In this document: piece after piece, positions 41,419-54,964 of the stretch
Layout of the letters: each line of letters begins with the position of its first letter
Position numbering within the stretch: position 1 is the first letter of the stretch
Origin: Seison nebaliae
Lineage: Eukaryota
NCBI GenBank assembly: GCA_023231475.1
Contig: JALJEE010001228.1
Coordinates: 62,001 to 121,312, forward strand
Length of the DNA stretch: 59,312 bases
Direction: 5' to 3'
Translations under genes and position numbers: made by a program
Notes under the pieces: model-generated
What the model saw: the letters and a program-made list of their open reading frames with translations, nothing else
Told to the model about the DNA's origin: nothing
The model's database searches: none

Positions 41419-44400
41419 ATGTTGAGATTATTTGTCGTCAGTTTCTCAATCTTATCAATTCATTTTAACTCGGCTAATTCCGCTACGACTCAACCGCTCT
41501 CCAATATTCAATTTCGATGTTCGCACGATGAAAAATTACGTTTCCGATTTCTCTCGTCCACTTCCACTCGCTTCCAACGACAATATTTACATATGAACAA
41601 AGCAGTCATCTATTGTCCTGTTCTGGTGAACATCGTTTATGAAATACCTGTACAGGAAAGAAATGTTCGACAATATCAACCAAAATCCGATTGTTTCAAT
41701 TTTTTCTTTTTTCAGGTTTTTTTTCGTTGTCTCACATCTATTACTCCGTTTTTTAGACATTGTATCGTAAATGTAAAAACGAGAATAATTGTTCATTACA
41801 AGCATTACAACCACGGTGTAATCAATCAGATATATCTAATGGAAAATTGGAACGAATCGATCTACAATTATTTTGCGAGTCAGTTAATAGAGAAAAAAGA
41901 AGAATTAATTTTGGGAAAGCATCAACCAGATATTATTCTTATCTCAAACCAACACTACCTCCCGGAACCGGTTCAGAGACCGATGAGTTCTTCCGGAAAA
42001 CTAGAGAGAATGGTATCATTTCCAATCAAGTTGTACGTCCAATTCGAAAATATTATCGAAGACAACCGAATACTTTCAATTATGAAAATCCAGAAAGAAT
42101 CGCAAATCTTTTGAGACAAATAAATCGTCCTGTTAAATTGTCATATCCAGGATTAATCGTCGACTATTTCCGGAAAGAACTTGATTCGAAAATTGATAAT
42201 AACAATAAAACAAATTCAACAACAATCTCCCAACAACAATTTTTAATGACAACTAAAAATAGTGATGGAGCAACATCCGGTGCATTCTTAGTGCAGTCTA
42301 CAGAATCGAATGAAATGGAAAAGAATCTATTAGAAATTGATTCAACGACAAATCAATCTCAGTTTGTGATAAATGAAACATATCAACAAAATAATCATAA
42401 TCTGAATGGAAGAATGACAGGTGATAATATGACGATGAATATCATAAATGATGGAAATAAGAATAGATCATTTATGATAACAGACGTGAAGTTCAGATTA
42501 ACAACGAAATCGAATGATTTAGAGAGTGATGGAGAAAATGATTTAATTGGCAAATTTGGAGGTATATTAGAAAATGGAAGAAAATTAATTGAATTAAATT
42601 CTCAAATTGAATTAACTACAACAACAACATCATTCATGTCATTAAATGATTCGATTACTGTCCCTGACGTCGAATCATCGACTAAATATGATAAGACAAT
42701 CGGTAATTCTATTTCATCAACCTCACACCGTCGAGCGGTAAATGGAACAGTGAGTGTCGCTGTAAAGGAATTGAGTCAGTTGGAAAGTTTACCGAATGGT
42801 AAGAGATTTATTCCAAGTTAAATTTATTTCCTTTCTCTTATTTGTTCAATTGAATTGAATTCTTTTCTTCCTATGCTTCCCGTCAACATACGAAATGATG
42901 TTGACATCATTTACAAATTATATGATTTGTAAAACTAATTGGTATTGTATTTGAAACAAAATGAATTGCACATGAAAAGAAGGAAAGAAATTGGAAAGAA
43001 ATTTATTGAATAATCAGTTGGACGAATCGCAAAACATTTTAATTGACACTGTCTCGCTAGACGACATTTATCCTGATCATTATGACGATTCATTTCGTGA
43101 CGAGTTGATTAATAAAGAAAATCGGAATTTGGACTATTTCGGAGAACAGTTGAAATCCAATAGAAACATTTTCAGGAACACCATTTCCCCCAATTCAGCG
43201 TTGGATGATATAGTAAATAATTGTGCAATAGACGAAGATGAGACGAAATCACTCCCACAAGACATCAACATGCAAATTGTTGTGAATAACGAAAAAGTCC
43301 AATTTCCTCAACCTTATCAAGATGATCCAATTTATCGATATCCAACCATCGATAATAAATTAAATGATAATCTAAAAATCATGAAACAAAAATTTGTTCC
43401 ATTGAATATTCAAAATAATTCAAATGTTTTTCCAAATAACATATTCCCCAATAATAACAATAACAGTACAAACATTAGTTTTACTCATCATCATAATAAT
43501 CGTTCGTCCATTCGATTGTTCACTTTGAGAAATGACATCAATTTTGTTGGTAATAATATGAATGATGTCAATAAATGGACAATTCAATCAACAACTGAAC
43601 AAGCGGAAAGAGGCAAGACAAATATGTTCATCGACGTAATACTATTGGGCGATCTCTTACAAAGTTAGTAGTTTTATAAAATTTTAATTAGTTTACTATA
43701 GTAAAAGCATTTTTACCAACATTATTATGTAAGAATATTGTATACCATAGCCTTAGAGCAAACGTTCCGCCAAGTAATTTCCATGTAATATGGGATATTA
43801 AATTAATTATATTTTAAAAAGAACAATTATTTCTTTTTTGAACGAAATTTTGAATCGATAAAATCGATAAATAAATATTGTCGATGACTAATAAAATGAA
43901 TTAGTAGGAATGTGGTTTCTTTTTCATTTATTTTCTCTCAATTCTGATAAAGTCAAAATAATTTATTAATATTAATTTATTTCCATTAATCATCATTCAA
44001 TTGAGTTGATGGGAGTGATTTAAATGAAGGAAATATTTCTGGTAATGTTGTGATTGGAAATGAAGAAGTTATCATCTCATAAAGGAGATAAGGAAATGCA
44101 TTTCGATGATGATAATAGAAAATTGAATAATGAAACTTTTGTAAGTTTGAATGTGGTGATGTAAGTTATCTATTCAACCATTCCATTCTCCTTCAGAGGA
44201 GATGGAATTGTTTTCTATTCCCAAATATCATTCTAATGTTTCCATTTTTCGTGATGATCAATGTAATTTCCATGGGAGAGAGTTGCGGAGAATGATAAAT
44301 GAATAATTTATGCAGTTGAAGCAAAGGTGAAGAATAAGTTTCTCATAATTCACTATTAATCTCATTAGACTATTATTCTAAGTGCGAGCAGATAATAGCA

Positions 44401-47400
44401 GTAGAATGAAAAACAATTTATATTGGACTGAAGAAAAATTCCTCCTCCTTATTCTTCCCCCGATGTTTTTCGTCGTCGACCGATAAACCTTTCTTGACGT
44501 TCCAATGTATCTTATGTACATGTTTCTCGTGAATGAAATGGTGGAAGTAAATGGTGTGTATGGAAATAGTGCAGGAATTATTGAGTGGAAGGAATTATGT
44601 TAACCGATACTCACATCAGATGGAAGATAATAATGATAATCTAATGAGAGACGAATAAAAGAAATTATTTCCCTAAATTGTCTCCAAATGACAGTTCCAT
44701 TATTGACGATTCATTCCATTATTTTTACGTCATCTTCTAATTCCATTCTTCCACTCCCGTCTAGAAAATAAACAAAAACTCTTGTTATTCATTGGATTAA
44801 CTGCCCTCGTTCTTTTGTTTCTGCTACTCGTCGGATATATCATCTTTCGTCGCAAACAATTGAAGCGTCGTTGTCTCGTATGGCAGAAGAAAGTGGAACA
44901 ATATGACATGATGAACAAGAGGAAGAAGATAAATGAGAATTCTGTTGATCGAACACTTCCGGATCAGTTCGAGAAGGATGCCTTAAATGAAGCATCATCA
45001 AAGAGTTTCTATTATCACTCGGAAAACAATGGACATTTCCGTCCTAAGAATGACAAGATGATTACTGATAATGAATCGAATGATATTAAATGGAAAACGA
45101 TGACTGCAGCCCAAAAGGCAAATCGACGAATCTCACCAATATGTGTCGCTCATCGTCCGGAGAATGTTCCACTTCTAAACAACAACTCTACCACTGTGGT
45201 ACCAGTGAGACTGTCATTTCCAATTCATCATCAAAGGAATTGTAATTCGGAGAAATTAGTTCATCGATCTCTGAAGAAACCGTCGGGGAAAAATAAACGT
45301 AAGTTATTCGTTTTCTCTCAAGTGATTCATTCTTTAGTTGAGTTGTAAAAAAGATATTGTTTGTTGCCTAATCTACTTTTCGTGCATATCCACTAACACT
45401 AATGTAGAATATTTCTTTTTTTTTGATAAAAAGAAATTTCTTATAATTTAGCCTTAGTACATAAAATCATACGGTGTATGGTTCTATGTGTATTTTCTAC
45501 ATCTTATCCTTTTTACTCTCATCATCCTGTTCATTCAGTTGCAAACGTAAATAATTCATTTGTATATAGTACAAGAAACAATATCGGTGGAAGTTGTGAT
45601 CGTGTTCCATTCATTTCATGTCCGTTATCTGTAAATTGTGTTATCTGCGTGGACGAATAGGTAGAGTAGCTCACTCAGCTTAGTAGTAAAGTGATGTTGT
45701 TGAAGGGAAAAAAAATCGTAACTAATGGTTGTGGATGGAATGTTGGTGAATGATTTCCATCATGAAATTACGTTGAAAGATGATCTCTTATTGCATTGTA
45801 GATAGTTTGTCAGAGAAGGGTCGTATGACGAGTCGATATAAGTTGTCTGATAATCAGAATTGTCTAAGGAATTGTTCTACCGTGAATATCGTCGATAAGT
45901 GTGATAGATCAATATGGAATGGAAAGAAGGAATCGTCATCAAATAATAATGAATGGGACAATGGGAAAGTTAAAGGATTCTATTCAGCCACCATTTCTTC
46001 TCCTCCTCAATCCAATCCGCTTCCATCGATTAAAGTGAGTGGAAATGAAGATGAACTTTCCGCCCCACGTCTTCTCGGTGATTATTGTCATACGGATAAT
46101 GAAGAGTCATTTCCCCATCACCGATACCAAGGACAGAAGATGAATAATATTATTAAGTTGAAGAAGGAGAAGAAGCGAATCAATAATCAGAATAACAATA
46201 AGAAGAATCATCAGTTGCTATCGGAAAATGCGATGGAGTTGGAGTGCAAATCGCATAATTATGTTAACGATGCATATGATGGTGATCGTTCATTCCATAT
46301 AGATGATGCTGCCAATAAAATATTAAGTCGAACGAGTATTCCTGTAGAGAATGGAATGATCAATAGTTTCAATGAGATAGGCAAAGAGATTTTGGTGGAG
46401 ATGTTACCCAAAACGAATCGTCCCAAATCTATCGTGGTCGATGAGAAGAAATCGAAGAAAAAGTTATTGGGAATATCAGGCGATTTACGTCGTTTCAATT
46501 CCGTCCTTCCCCATACCACACCACTCCAATATCAATCGGATGTCAATGAGACGACGAATAATAATCGTCAGAAGTTCTCGTCATTGAGAGAGAGTCGTCC
46601 TAAAAAATATTTGTCGTCCGTCGATCTTTCGAAGAAAGCGATGACGAATTCACAAAAATCATCGAAGAAAAGACGACAATTTCTTAAAAATTTATTCTCC
46701 AATCTTCTATTCCGTCCAACGTCAAACAAGAAGAATTTAACACGTGAGAATTTATTGAAGAATGACAATGCTCAAACCGTCGTTTCTGATAAAGAACATT
46801 ATTCGAAAAGAACGACTACTAATACTTATGAATTGGTGAAGAAGAAGTATAGTAATAATAATGAGAATGATACAGAATATTCATACAATTCTCAAGATAC
46901 TTCAACTGGACGAATCGATAAAAGGAATTCAGCTAATTCACTCGGTTACTTATTATCGGACGACTTGTCAGATATTCGACAAAGAATTTATGACGAAGAA
47001 CGATCAATTCAAAATGAGATTAACGCACAATATGGAGAGAAAGATCATGGAACATGTAACTGTTATAAACTACCATCTACCGTTCCTTATCATTGTCAAC
47101 CACTCATACCATCTTACAACAACGAGATATTTTGTCGTTTGTCCGAAGAATTGAAACTACAAAGAAATTTGATTTCTCATTTATATAATCATCATCATCA
47201 TCATCCATCACCACACCAGAACTCGTCACCATTTCAAGATGTTAATTCTTTTAGTCGTCATCGTTCTTGTTGTTCTTCTACTCATTCACATACTCCACCA
47301 GTGCCACCACCACCTCTCAATTATTATCCTTCAGTTAATAATCATCAACCGAACATTTCCCCTAATCACAACTATTCCACTTCTCCCAATTGTCAATCAG

Positions 47401-48177
47401 AAAATAGTTATCGAGATAAATTCCAAATCTAATATCTCCAAACTAACGAATCGTTAAACTTCTAACAAACATTAACTTCTACTAATCTACTATACTAATA
47501 ACTTCTACCAAGTAAATGTTGAGAATTAGTTCTATATTTAATTTTCATAATTCCCAATATTTTAATTTTAATTATCAGTTTTATTTTCCTTGTCAGATGA
47601 GAGAAGATCAAGAATATTAAGGAAAAGACAAGTTCGACCACAACGTTCCAAAACTGAAATATTTTCTAATTTGAAGTCATGGGTTGATAAAGATTCATTA
47701 TCTACAACCATCAGACCGACATCATCATCTGCATCATCCACCTCGTCATGGAATGTGGAGTCGATTTCGATGAAGAATTATTATGGATTAATATCAAATC
47801 AAGAAAAGATTTATGATATTCCTTTCAAACCACAACGGATCAAAAGGAGACCGACCGTCGGTTTTGCAACCGCCACAATCGGAGATGTCCATCGATTATC
47901 ATCCGGTGTCGAATTAATAGATACCGATCTTTCCTCTCAATCGACTAATAGTCTACTTTGGACTAATGGACTTAGCACGACGTCGAATGAACTTAAAACA
48001 ATCAAGTTTAATTAAATTTTTTATAAAAATATATTTAATTTTAAAAAATTTTAATTTCATAAAATTTTTCTTTACAGATATAAATCGCCGACATGTATCG
48101 ACGAAGTGATTCGACAACATCGTCAACTTTATAATGAGAAAGTTGAAAAGGGTGAAGAAATGTCTTTATTCGTTTAA
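41419..48177 (+). CDS. Single-pass receptor-like protein, possibly a divergent EVA-1/SUEL-lectin family member
   Basis: Signal peptide. Intron 41716-41756 joins DCFNFFFFQ to TLYRKCKNENNCSLQ, a SUEL-like Cys spacing. S/T/N-rich stalk, probable exon from ~43061, ENKQKLLLF plus TM (exon from 44765), long cytoplasmic exons (from 45802, 47597 and 48078). Ends EEMSLFV*. Family call is weak. Confidence 0.55.
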
Positions 48178-48631
48178 ACCCATCTCTTCCCGAAATTGAT
48201 CGCGGACGACTTCGCAGGATTTCTTCAAATTTTCCAATGCATCTTCCAGAACCGTTATTGCTGATTTGTCTAATAAAAGAGTAAATAAAATGTTTCTGTT
48301 ATTCCCACGAAAAAATTGAACCACGTGTTTGAATTCTCATTCGTGCCTCATTAGTATCAGGATGAACAATATCATATCCACAATATTGCACATCAGGACT
48401 GTAAAATTATAGAGTAATTATTAATAACTTAAATTCAACTCATATAAACAATATTTTTGCAGTATATTCAACAAAGTATGATCTTCAGTTTTGAAGATAA
48501 ATGTCAAACCCGAATCATCCACATTCTCAAGTGAGGACTAGAAATTTTTAATAATTCTTAATAAGACAAATATGAGACATTGGAATGAGATTAACAATTT
48601 CAATTTTCTCACTCAAAGTTGCTTCTGTCAT
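48166..48631 (-). CDS. POLR1D: RNA polymerase I/III subunit RPAC2 (AC19), 4 exons; absent from the ORF track
   Basis: Spliced: MTEATLSEKIEI|SSLENVDDSGLTFIFKTEDHTLLNILQKYCLYD|PDVQYCGYDIVHPDTNEARMRIQTRD|KSAITVLEDALENLKKSCEVVRDQFREEMGLNE*. Carries the Rpb11/AC19 motifs EDHTL.N and CGY...HP...RIQT. Confidence 0.88.
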
Positions 48632-48900
48632 TGTAAGAATGCCGAAAAGTTAATAAGATAATGCACTCGAATTAAAAAAAACTAAAAATTTGAAAATTAG
48701 AATTTTTTTTTAAATAATTCAGAAAAGCAAATTTTTTAAAATTTCATTTAATTTCATTTAATTTTCATGAGGCCGGAAGATGCGTGAAAGCATAAAAAAT
48801 TCATTTACAAAAGTTATAAAAATGACAACAAATAAACAGAAATGAGATGTTGGTTGTTTGAGGAAGAAGAGTGAGAGAAAATAAAAATCGAGTCAATTTG

Positions 48901-49422
48901 TCAATTGAGGTCTAATATTCGTCCGATATTTACTTGGAGAAACTTGAAGAAATTCGCTGAATCGGGAGTTGTTGTCTTTATTTTGTTTTTGGGGACACAT
49001 ATACATGTGTTGTCTTTCTTCGCTGCTATGTAGGGACTGCAACTGATATGATTCTCCGTGTATCGTTCGACGAACGAACGAGCGATATGACAAGCCAATG
49101 CATTGTTATAAGTGAATGCGCAATGTTGGAGGATGCATTTGTTGAATTTATTATTACAATGATTAAGTGTAGCTGAGTCGTCACATTCAGAGAAGCAATT
49201 ATCGTGATCGTTGCAGCAATTGATGATTTTTGGGAATTTTCCAAAAACCCAATTAACGTTCATGTTGTCCGTTCCACAACCATTTGGTTTGGCGATAATT
49301 GAAGAATTACCTTTGATCATTTCCTCATTTTCCTTACAATATGATGGATTGCATCCAAACAAGGATGGCAAGGCCGATGTAAAATGGAGTAGAAAGAGAA
49401 CGAATGAGAATGAGAGGAACAT
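48901..49422 (-). CDS. PLA2G12: Group XII secretory phospholipase A2-like, intronless
   Basis: Signal peptide, PNGCG Ca-binding loop, CCNDHDNC with the His-Asp pair, C...F..C pattern. Confidence 0.85.
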   Translation of the reverse strand: MFLSFSFVLFLLHFTSALPSLFGCNPSYCKENEEMIKGNSSIIAKPNGCGTDNMNVNWVFGKFPKIINCCNDHDNCFSECDDSATLNHCNNKFNKCILQHCAFTYNNALACHIARSFVERYTENHISCSPYIAAKKDNTCICVPKNKIKTTTPDSANFFKFLQVNIGRILDLN

Positions 49423-49900
49423 CTTTAAACTTAAGAATCGTGAAAATTGTTTTTGTTTTTCAAGATAATGATTAGGAAACGAGTGTTATATTTCTATTTA
49501 TTTATATCAGTCCGATACTTAATCACGTGCTACGCAACCATTCATTCAGGAAATGTCTCGAAACGTAGAGAAGGTGCGTCGTAGTTTCGAATTTGTTTCT
49601 TTTTACCCTCCGAAAATGATGACGTTTGCATAAAAAGAAAACTTTCTACGAATGAATGATAAGATAGTCGACATTCTTTATTAGTTGTATGAATGTTGAA
49701 TAAGTTCTGAAAAGAAAAACCAGACTTAATATTAAGTGTGTGAGAGGAAAAGAATGAAGATAAATATGAGGAACATCACGCCTAAATGTTCAATAGACAA
49801 ATGATTTGAGTTCGTTGAAAGATGTTAATTTTGCTAATTGATACATGTCATTCGATCGGTCACTGCCCCCTCATCGTACTCAGATTGAAGGGACTACTAC

Positions 49901-51466
49901 TTATGTTGCAAATGAATCCTTTCGCAACAGACTATACCGATTTCGTGTGGGAACCGTATAGACCATCGCGTAGAAAGAACTACGTCTTCTCACCGGTTTC
50001 TTCGACTAAATAAATAAACAAAATAATAAATAAAATTCATTATACGATGTTAGATCAACTTGTTGATTGATGTTGATGTCATTCGAAGCGACGTACAATT
50101 CACCCAACTCTTCATTCTCCTCCGCGTTCACGTAGTCCAATTCTGTTTTATCAGCATTCTGTTGTTTCGATTTATTCTTCGATTTCCTTCTACGAGATCG
50201 TGATCTCGTTTTCTTCCGACGTCTCTTCTTTGGAGAAATTGATCGATGACTCATCGATCGAATATTTTCACTTTCTTTTATGATCATTTACATTCGATTA
50301 TAAGAAGCAATAGGAAATGTTTAACCTTCTTTCTTTCTTTTCTCATTATCTTCTGACCATTTTGTATAATACTCTTCGACTTGATGAGTTACATCTTCCT
50401 TCTTTTCGATGAAATCCAAATATCTGTCCATGAAACAAACAGAAAGGTAAAATAATCAAATCAGTAAAGTAATTGATCATTCTCATCCAATGATGAAAGC
50501 AGAGAAAATAATAACTCTTTAATTATATTATCTTCCAACGAACGAAGAATATGAATATCTTGAAGAATATTCATCAATTCGGCATGACATTCATCCAATT
50601 CTTCTGCGATACTCATATCGATTAGATTATCGTCATTCTCTTTTCTTTCACATTCACTTACAGTATTCTTTAAAAAATTCTTTTAAAATTTGATTTAGTG
50701 GAATATAACGAACGATTTTTACTTCTTTCGTAGAAATCGATAAATTTCGTTTCGATGGAATGTAATCCTTCTTCAACATCTCATGATGATGTTGGATGAC
50801 GGACGGGTTTTGTTGAGAGAGGAAATGATTAGATAGAAATACAACATCCTTCAAATTTACCACGAGCGACAACAGCGACGTCAAATTTCGATCAACTTCA
50901 ACATTTGAATACCGTTGCTCGTTCGGTTGATATCGCATGTCCCGATAATTGTTCAAAGTTAATGCCGGTTGTGACGTTTTCAAATGTTTGTATTTGAGAC
51001 ATGTTAAACGTTTCTTTGGATAAACTTGAAAATAATTGAAAACGAAATATCGTTGATTTTCTAGATCGGATTCCTTTAAAAAACGGTTCTCCTGATAGAA
51101 TTTAGAGGGAAGATCAACTAACCAAATTAAGTAGATCGATTATTTGTTGTATTGCATGGAAGAGAAAAATTAGTTCGGCATCCGTCTGCGTGTTTGTCTT
51201 GTCGACGTTGGAGGCGATGTTTAATGGAAGATAATCGGTCAACAATCCGTTGATGGCCAATTTGGCTTGAGAATAATAAAAGAGTTTGCGTAGACGTAAC
51301 ATTACCGGATTTTCGACAGCATAAGTACTAGCGAAATTGAAAACAGCTAACGTTGCTTCTCTTATATGTTGCTACACAAATGATTTATAGAAGAAAGGAG
51401 AGTTAGAGAAAACACATCGTTGAATCGAATAGACGTCAGACGAACAATGAGAGGAACATCCTTCAT
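49901..51466 (-). CDS. Multi-exon protein of unknown function
   Basis: ORF pieces at 51114-51302, 50654-50983 and 50006-50287 are linked by short introns. Predicted start MKDVPLIVRL (51466) and end SKKPVRRRSS...DSFAT* (49901). The 5' end is uncertain. Confidence 0.5.
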
Positions 51467-53556
51467 CGACTCATTTTACCTCCGCAGAAAACGGAGCACA
51501 ATCATAAAAAAAAGAAGGTCGGCTAATTGTTAATGAGGTAAATTGAACCTGTAAAGTGTTATATCTATCGTCATTCGTCATTTTCTTTTCTCGCTTCTAT
51601 TTGTATTTATGATATTGGCAATGATGATGATGATGACGAGAGGAAAGGTTTTCACGTAAACGTTTATTTATTTACATTGAATGAACGACCTCGGTCGATG
51701 TTAACACTTCATTGTCGAATCGACAATAATAAAATTGAATAATCCTCTTAAAATCAGGTGAATGAGAAAATTTGATGAAATTTAATATGATCCATAAAAC
51801 GGGGGAGAAAACGGGGAGAATATGGGAGAGAGGAATGATTAATTGCCTGAAATATAACCACAAGAAGTGAAACACAGCTTACATGTACTCGTCAGTCGTT
51901 AATGCTCATTTTTGTTTTTGATCTACGATCGTTTCCTGGTTACACATCTGTTGCGTGGCACACTACATTAACATGGACATCAACATACATATCAATGCAC
52001 AAACTAATTACCTGTGCACTTATTCGTCAGTCAACTAATGGGCAGTTGTATTAGGTCTCTTCTCTGTCTCTTTGAAATGTTTTTCAATAACAATTCATAA
52101 AAACGGAATGGACCTAATACACATAAGACATTGTTTTCTCTCATCTTCCCCTCACATATATGAGAGATGTTAGTAAGAGAGAATCGATATTCGAATTTAT
52201 GTCGTCTACGTATTTTCTCCTTAAATCATTCACTAATAATTCTCTTCCTTTCCATGACAACGAATCTAGAACTACGACGGAAGTGAACGTAAACATCATA
52301 AAAAGTCATAGAATTCTCATCGTCTTTTCTTTCTTCGAAAGATGAGAATGAAACCTCTGTTTTTTCTTCTGATTTATTCATTCCTTTACGTCAACAACAT
52401 CCACCACAATGCAATTCAATGGAAATGTGGTCGTCTCTTATAAATATGACATTAGGTGACATCATTCAGCAATTTATTGGTAGTGCCTTAATCGAATTGT
52501 AAACAAGAAAATAATAACACATCTCCATAATGTCAAATTCATTCCTATTCTCAGTTCCAAGAGACACATTCAGAAAATCATCTTCGAAAAAAAATCTTCT
52601 CCATTTTTGGAGGGAGAGTAATCATTAAAACTATTTTTTTTATTGATTATCGAAATTAGTTTAATATTGAAATTTATTCAATATGTCACCATAACAAATT
52701 CGCATAACGGAAGAAGGAGAGTAGTCACTAGGAGAATTACGACCTCTTCATAATGAAAGAATGGAGAAAGAACAGACGGTCCATTGAACAAATAAAGTAA
52801 ATTTAATAAATTTCTTTAAAAATTCTTATTGTTGTTCATGTTATGAAATTGATTGTAGAAATGTATGAGAAAGACAAAGGAATTTCTATAGACAACATAA
52901 CTAATAATTCACGTTCGTCCATAAAATATCAGGAAATTATTCCTCTTAATCCTCCAACACAGGAAGAAGAAGAACTGTCATTTCTAACTCCATCTACCAA
53001 TTTCATCTCATCAATAATATCATCCGTTTTTCTTTCACCTAACAAACATTTTAGAAATTCTGAAGAAACAAATTATGAACGAATGAAATAAATTATCCAT
53101 ATCAATTTACAATGTAGTCCCTAATTCCATCCCATTGGGCCATTTTTAGAAAGTTTTTAAAGGAAAATTTCGTATTTCCGTTCTTTCTGGTTGTTTGTCA
53201 TTCATAAAAATCAATTAAATGTTATCAATCTATCGCATAAGATTTCAGTCTAACTCACTCGCTCTAATTTTAAGAGCAAAATTTGAGAATTTCAGTTTAA
53301 GTAATTAAAAGTTAAATGTAAAAGGGAAATTTAAATTGAATTGATAAATATTTTTGAAATTTGAAATTTTTTTTAGTAAAATAAATAAATTTTATTATCG
53401 TCAAAAACAATATTTGGAGAGTAGCGAAATAAATATTGTGAATGAGAAGAAACTGAAATATTTTATGGGAATTTAAGAAGCAGAATTATTTCAAGGAATT
53501 TTTTAAAATTTAAGTTGAAGAAAATTCTTATTTTATATCATAAATTTTTAGGAGAG

Positions 53557-54189
53557 ATGTTGAAGTTATTAAATAAAGTGCCGCAGCGATTATGCCAGAC
53601 ATATAGACCGATAACTACTGCTACTCCTCTAAATAATCGGGAGATGAGAGAGCAGCCAAGTGCTCTCGGCAATCCCACTGAATCACCATATAAATATAGT
53701 CCTTTTAATGAACCATCGAGTAAATTTGAATGGGCTCTCATGAGAGTTGATGACTTGATGAATTGGGGTAGGAAATCATCAATTTATCCAATGACTTTTG
53801 GTTTGGCATGTTGCGCCGTTGAAATGATGCACATGGCAGCTCCTAGATATGATATGGATCGTTTCGGTATCGTATTTCGAGCGTCTCCTCGACAATCAGA
53901 TTGTATGATAGTTGCTGGTACATTAACCAATAAGATGGCACCAGCAATTCGTAAATTATATGAACAAATGCCAGAACCGAAATGGGTCGTTTCAATGGGC
54001 TCGTGCGCGAATGGCGGCGGTTATTATCATTACTCATATTCTGTAGTGAGAGGATGTGATAGGATAATTCCAGTTGATATTTATGTTCCTGGTTGTCCTC
54101 CAACAGCTGAAGCTCTTCTTTATGGATTCCTACAATTACAAAAGAAGATAAAGAAAGTTAATCGTCTACAAATGTGGTATCGAAAATAG
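53557..54189 (+). CDS. NDUFS7: NADH:ubiquinone oxidoreductase Fe-S subunit 7 (PSST), intronless CDS
   Basis: [52 protein letters not shown]. Mitochondrial presequence-like N-terminus from ATG 53557. Confidence 0.98.
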   Translation: MLKLLNKVPQRLCQTYRPITTATPLNNREMREQPSALGNPTESPYKYSPFNEPSSKFEWALMRVDDLMNWGRKSSIYPMTFGLACCAVEMMHMAAPRYDMDRFGIVFRASPRQSDCMIVAGTLTNKMAPAIRKLYEQMPEPKWVVSMGSCANGGGYYHYSYSVVRGCDRIIPVDIYVPGCPPTAEALLYGFLQLQKKIKKVNRLQMWYRK

Positions 54190-54642
54190 ATAGAATTCAT
54201 TCATTCTACTTTTTTTTCAGAATTTTCTTTTAAATTAAACTTTCTTCCTTTTTAACGTTAGGTTTGAAAATTTAATTTATTTTACTATTTAGTTGGATTG
54301 ATGTCATATAAAAATAATTTTGATTCAGTTGAAGTTTTCTTAAAGAATTATACTTAAAAAAGTTATTCAATTCTATATTCATATTTTTCGAATTCTTCCG
54401 ATTCTTCTAAAACCTAATATATTGTACATGTTATCATACGTATTATTATAGAATAATGTAAAATTTAAATTAATAACTAACACTAATTTAAATTTGTTTT
54501 TTATATATTTCTTCTATTTAATTTAATATATTTTATATATTTATAAGAAATAGAAACAATAGATGAAAAATGACATATTAACGTTGTAGAATGATAAATA
54601 TGCTTAAATAGGTGTTTAGTGTAAAAAATGGAAAATTTTTAT

Positions 54643-54745
54643 CGCAGTGGACAGGATTCGAACCTGTGCGGGAAGATCCCAACTGATCACTAGCATTATG
54701 CTTAGAAATTCTAGTCAGTCGCCTTAACCACTCGGCCACCACTGC
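54643..54745 (-). tRNA. tRNA-Ser-AGA: tRNA-Ser(AGA) with 21-nt intron (54688-54708), copy 1
   Basis: GCAGTGGTGGCCGAGTGGTTAAGGCG ACTGA CT AGA A [intron] A TCAGT TGGGATCTTCCCGC ACAGGTTCGAATCCTGT CCACTGC G. 82-nt mature length, long variable arm, G73, downstream T-run. Confidence 0.93.
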
Positions 54746-54964
54746 ATGTTAACCATTTTAGTTTCGAACTATTTCCATAAAATCTCAATGTAAAATGTTA
54801 ATTAGTTAAAGACAAAGTAATTGAGTTTAATTAACAACTGACTCTCTTCATTATAGCGGTATTTTTAACAGAACAAACCATTAAATACTCGGAAATTATC
54901 ACTTCACACGATTAATTCTAACGTAAGTATTTATCGATAAATGAAAAATTTTGAAAAAATTTAT

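Noticed and set aside
41760..42114. Dual-frame overlapping ORFs on the same strand
   Set aside because: Explained by a 41-nt intron (41716-41756) that shifts frame; the continuation of the first ORF is probably incidental.
52680..53091. Small + strand gene around ORF 52843-53091
   Set aside because: I could not build a consistent spliced model or recognise any homology.
53514..53556. Trans-splice acceptor upstream of the NDUFS7 ATG
   Set aside because: A cis GTT donor at 53514 gives an ordinary 38-nt 5' UTR intron.
54643..54745. tRNA-Leu(TAG) or a suppressor tRNA reading of the CTAGA loop
   Set aside because: The stem ACTGA/TCAGT places AGA at 34-36; G73 and the body sequence match tRNA-Ser.
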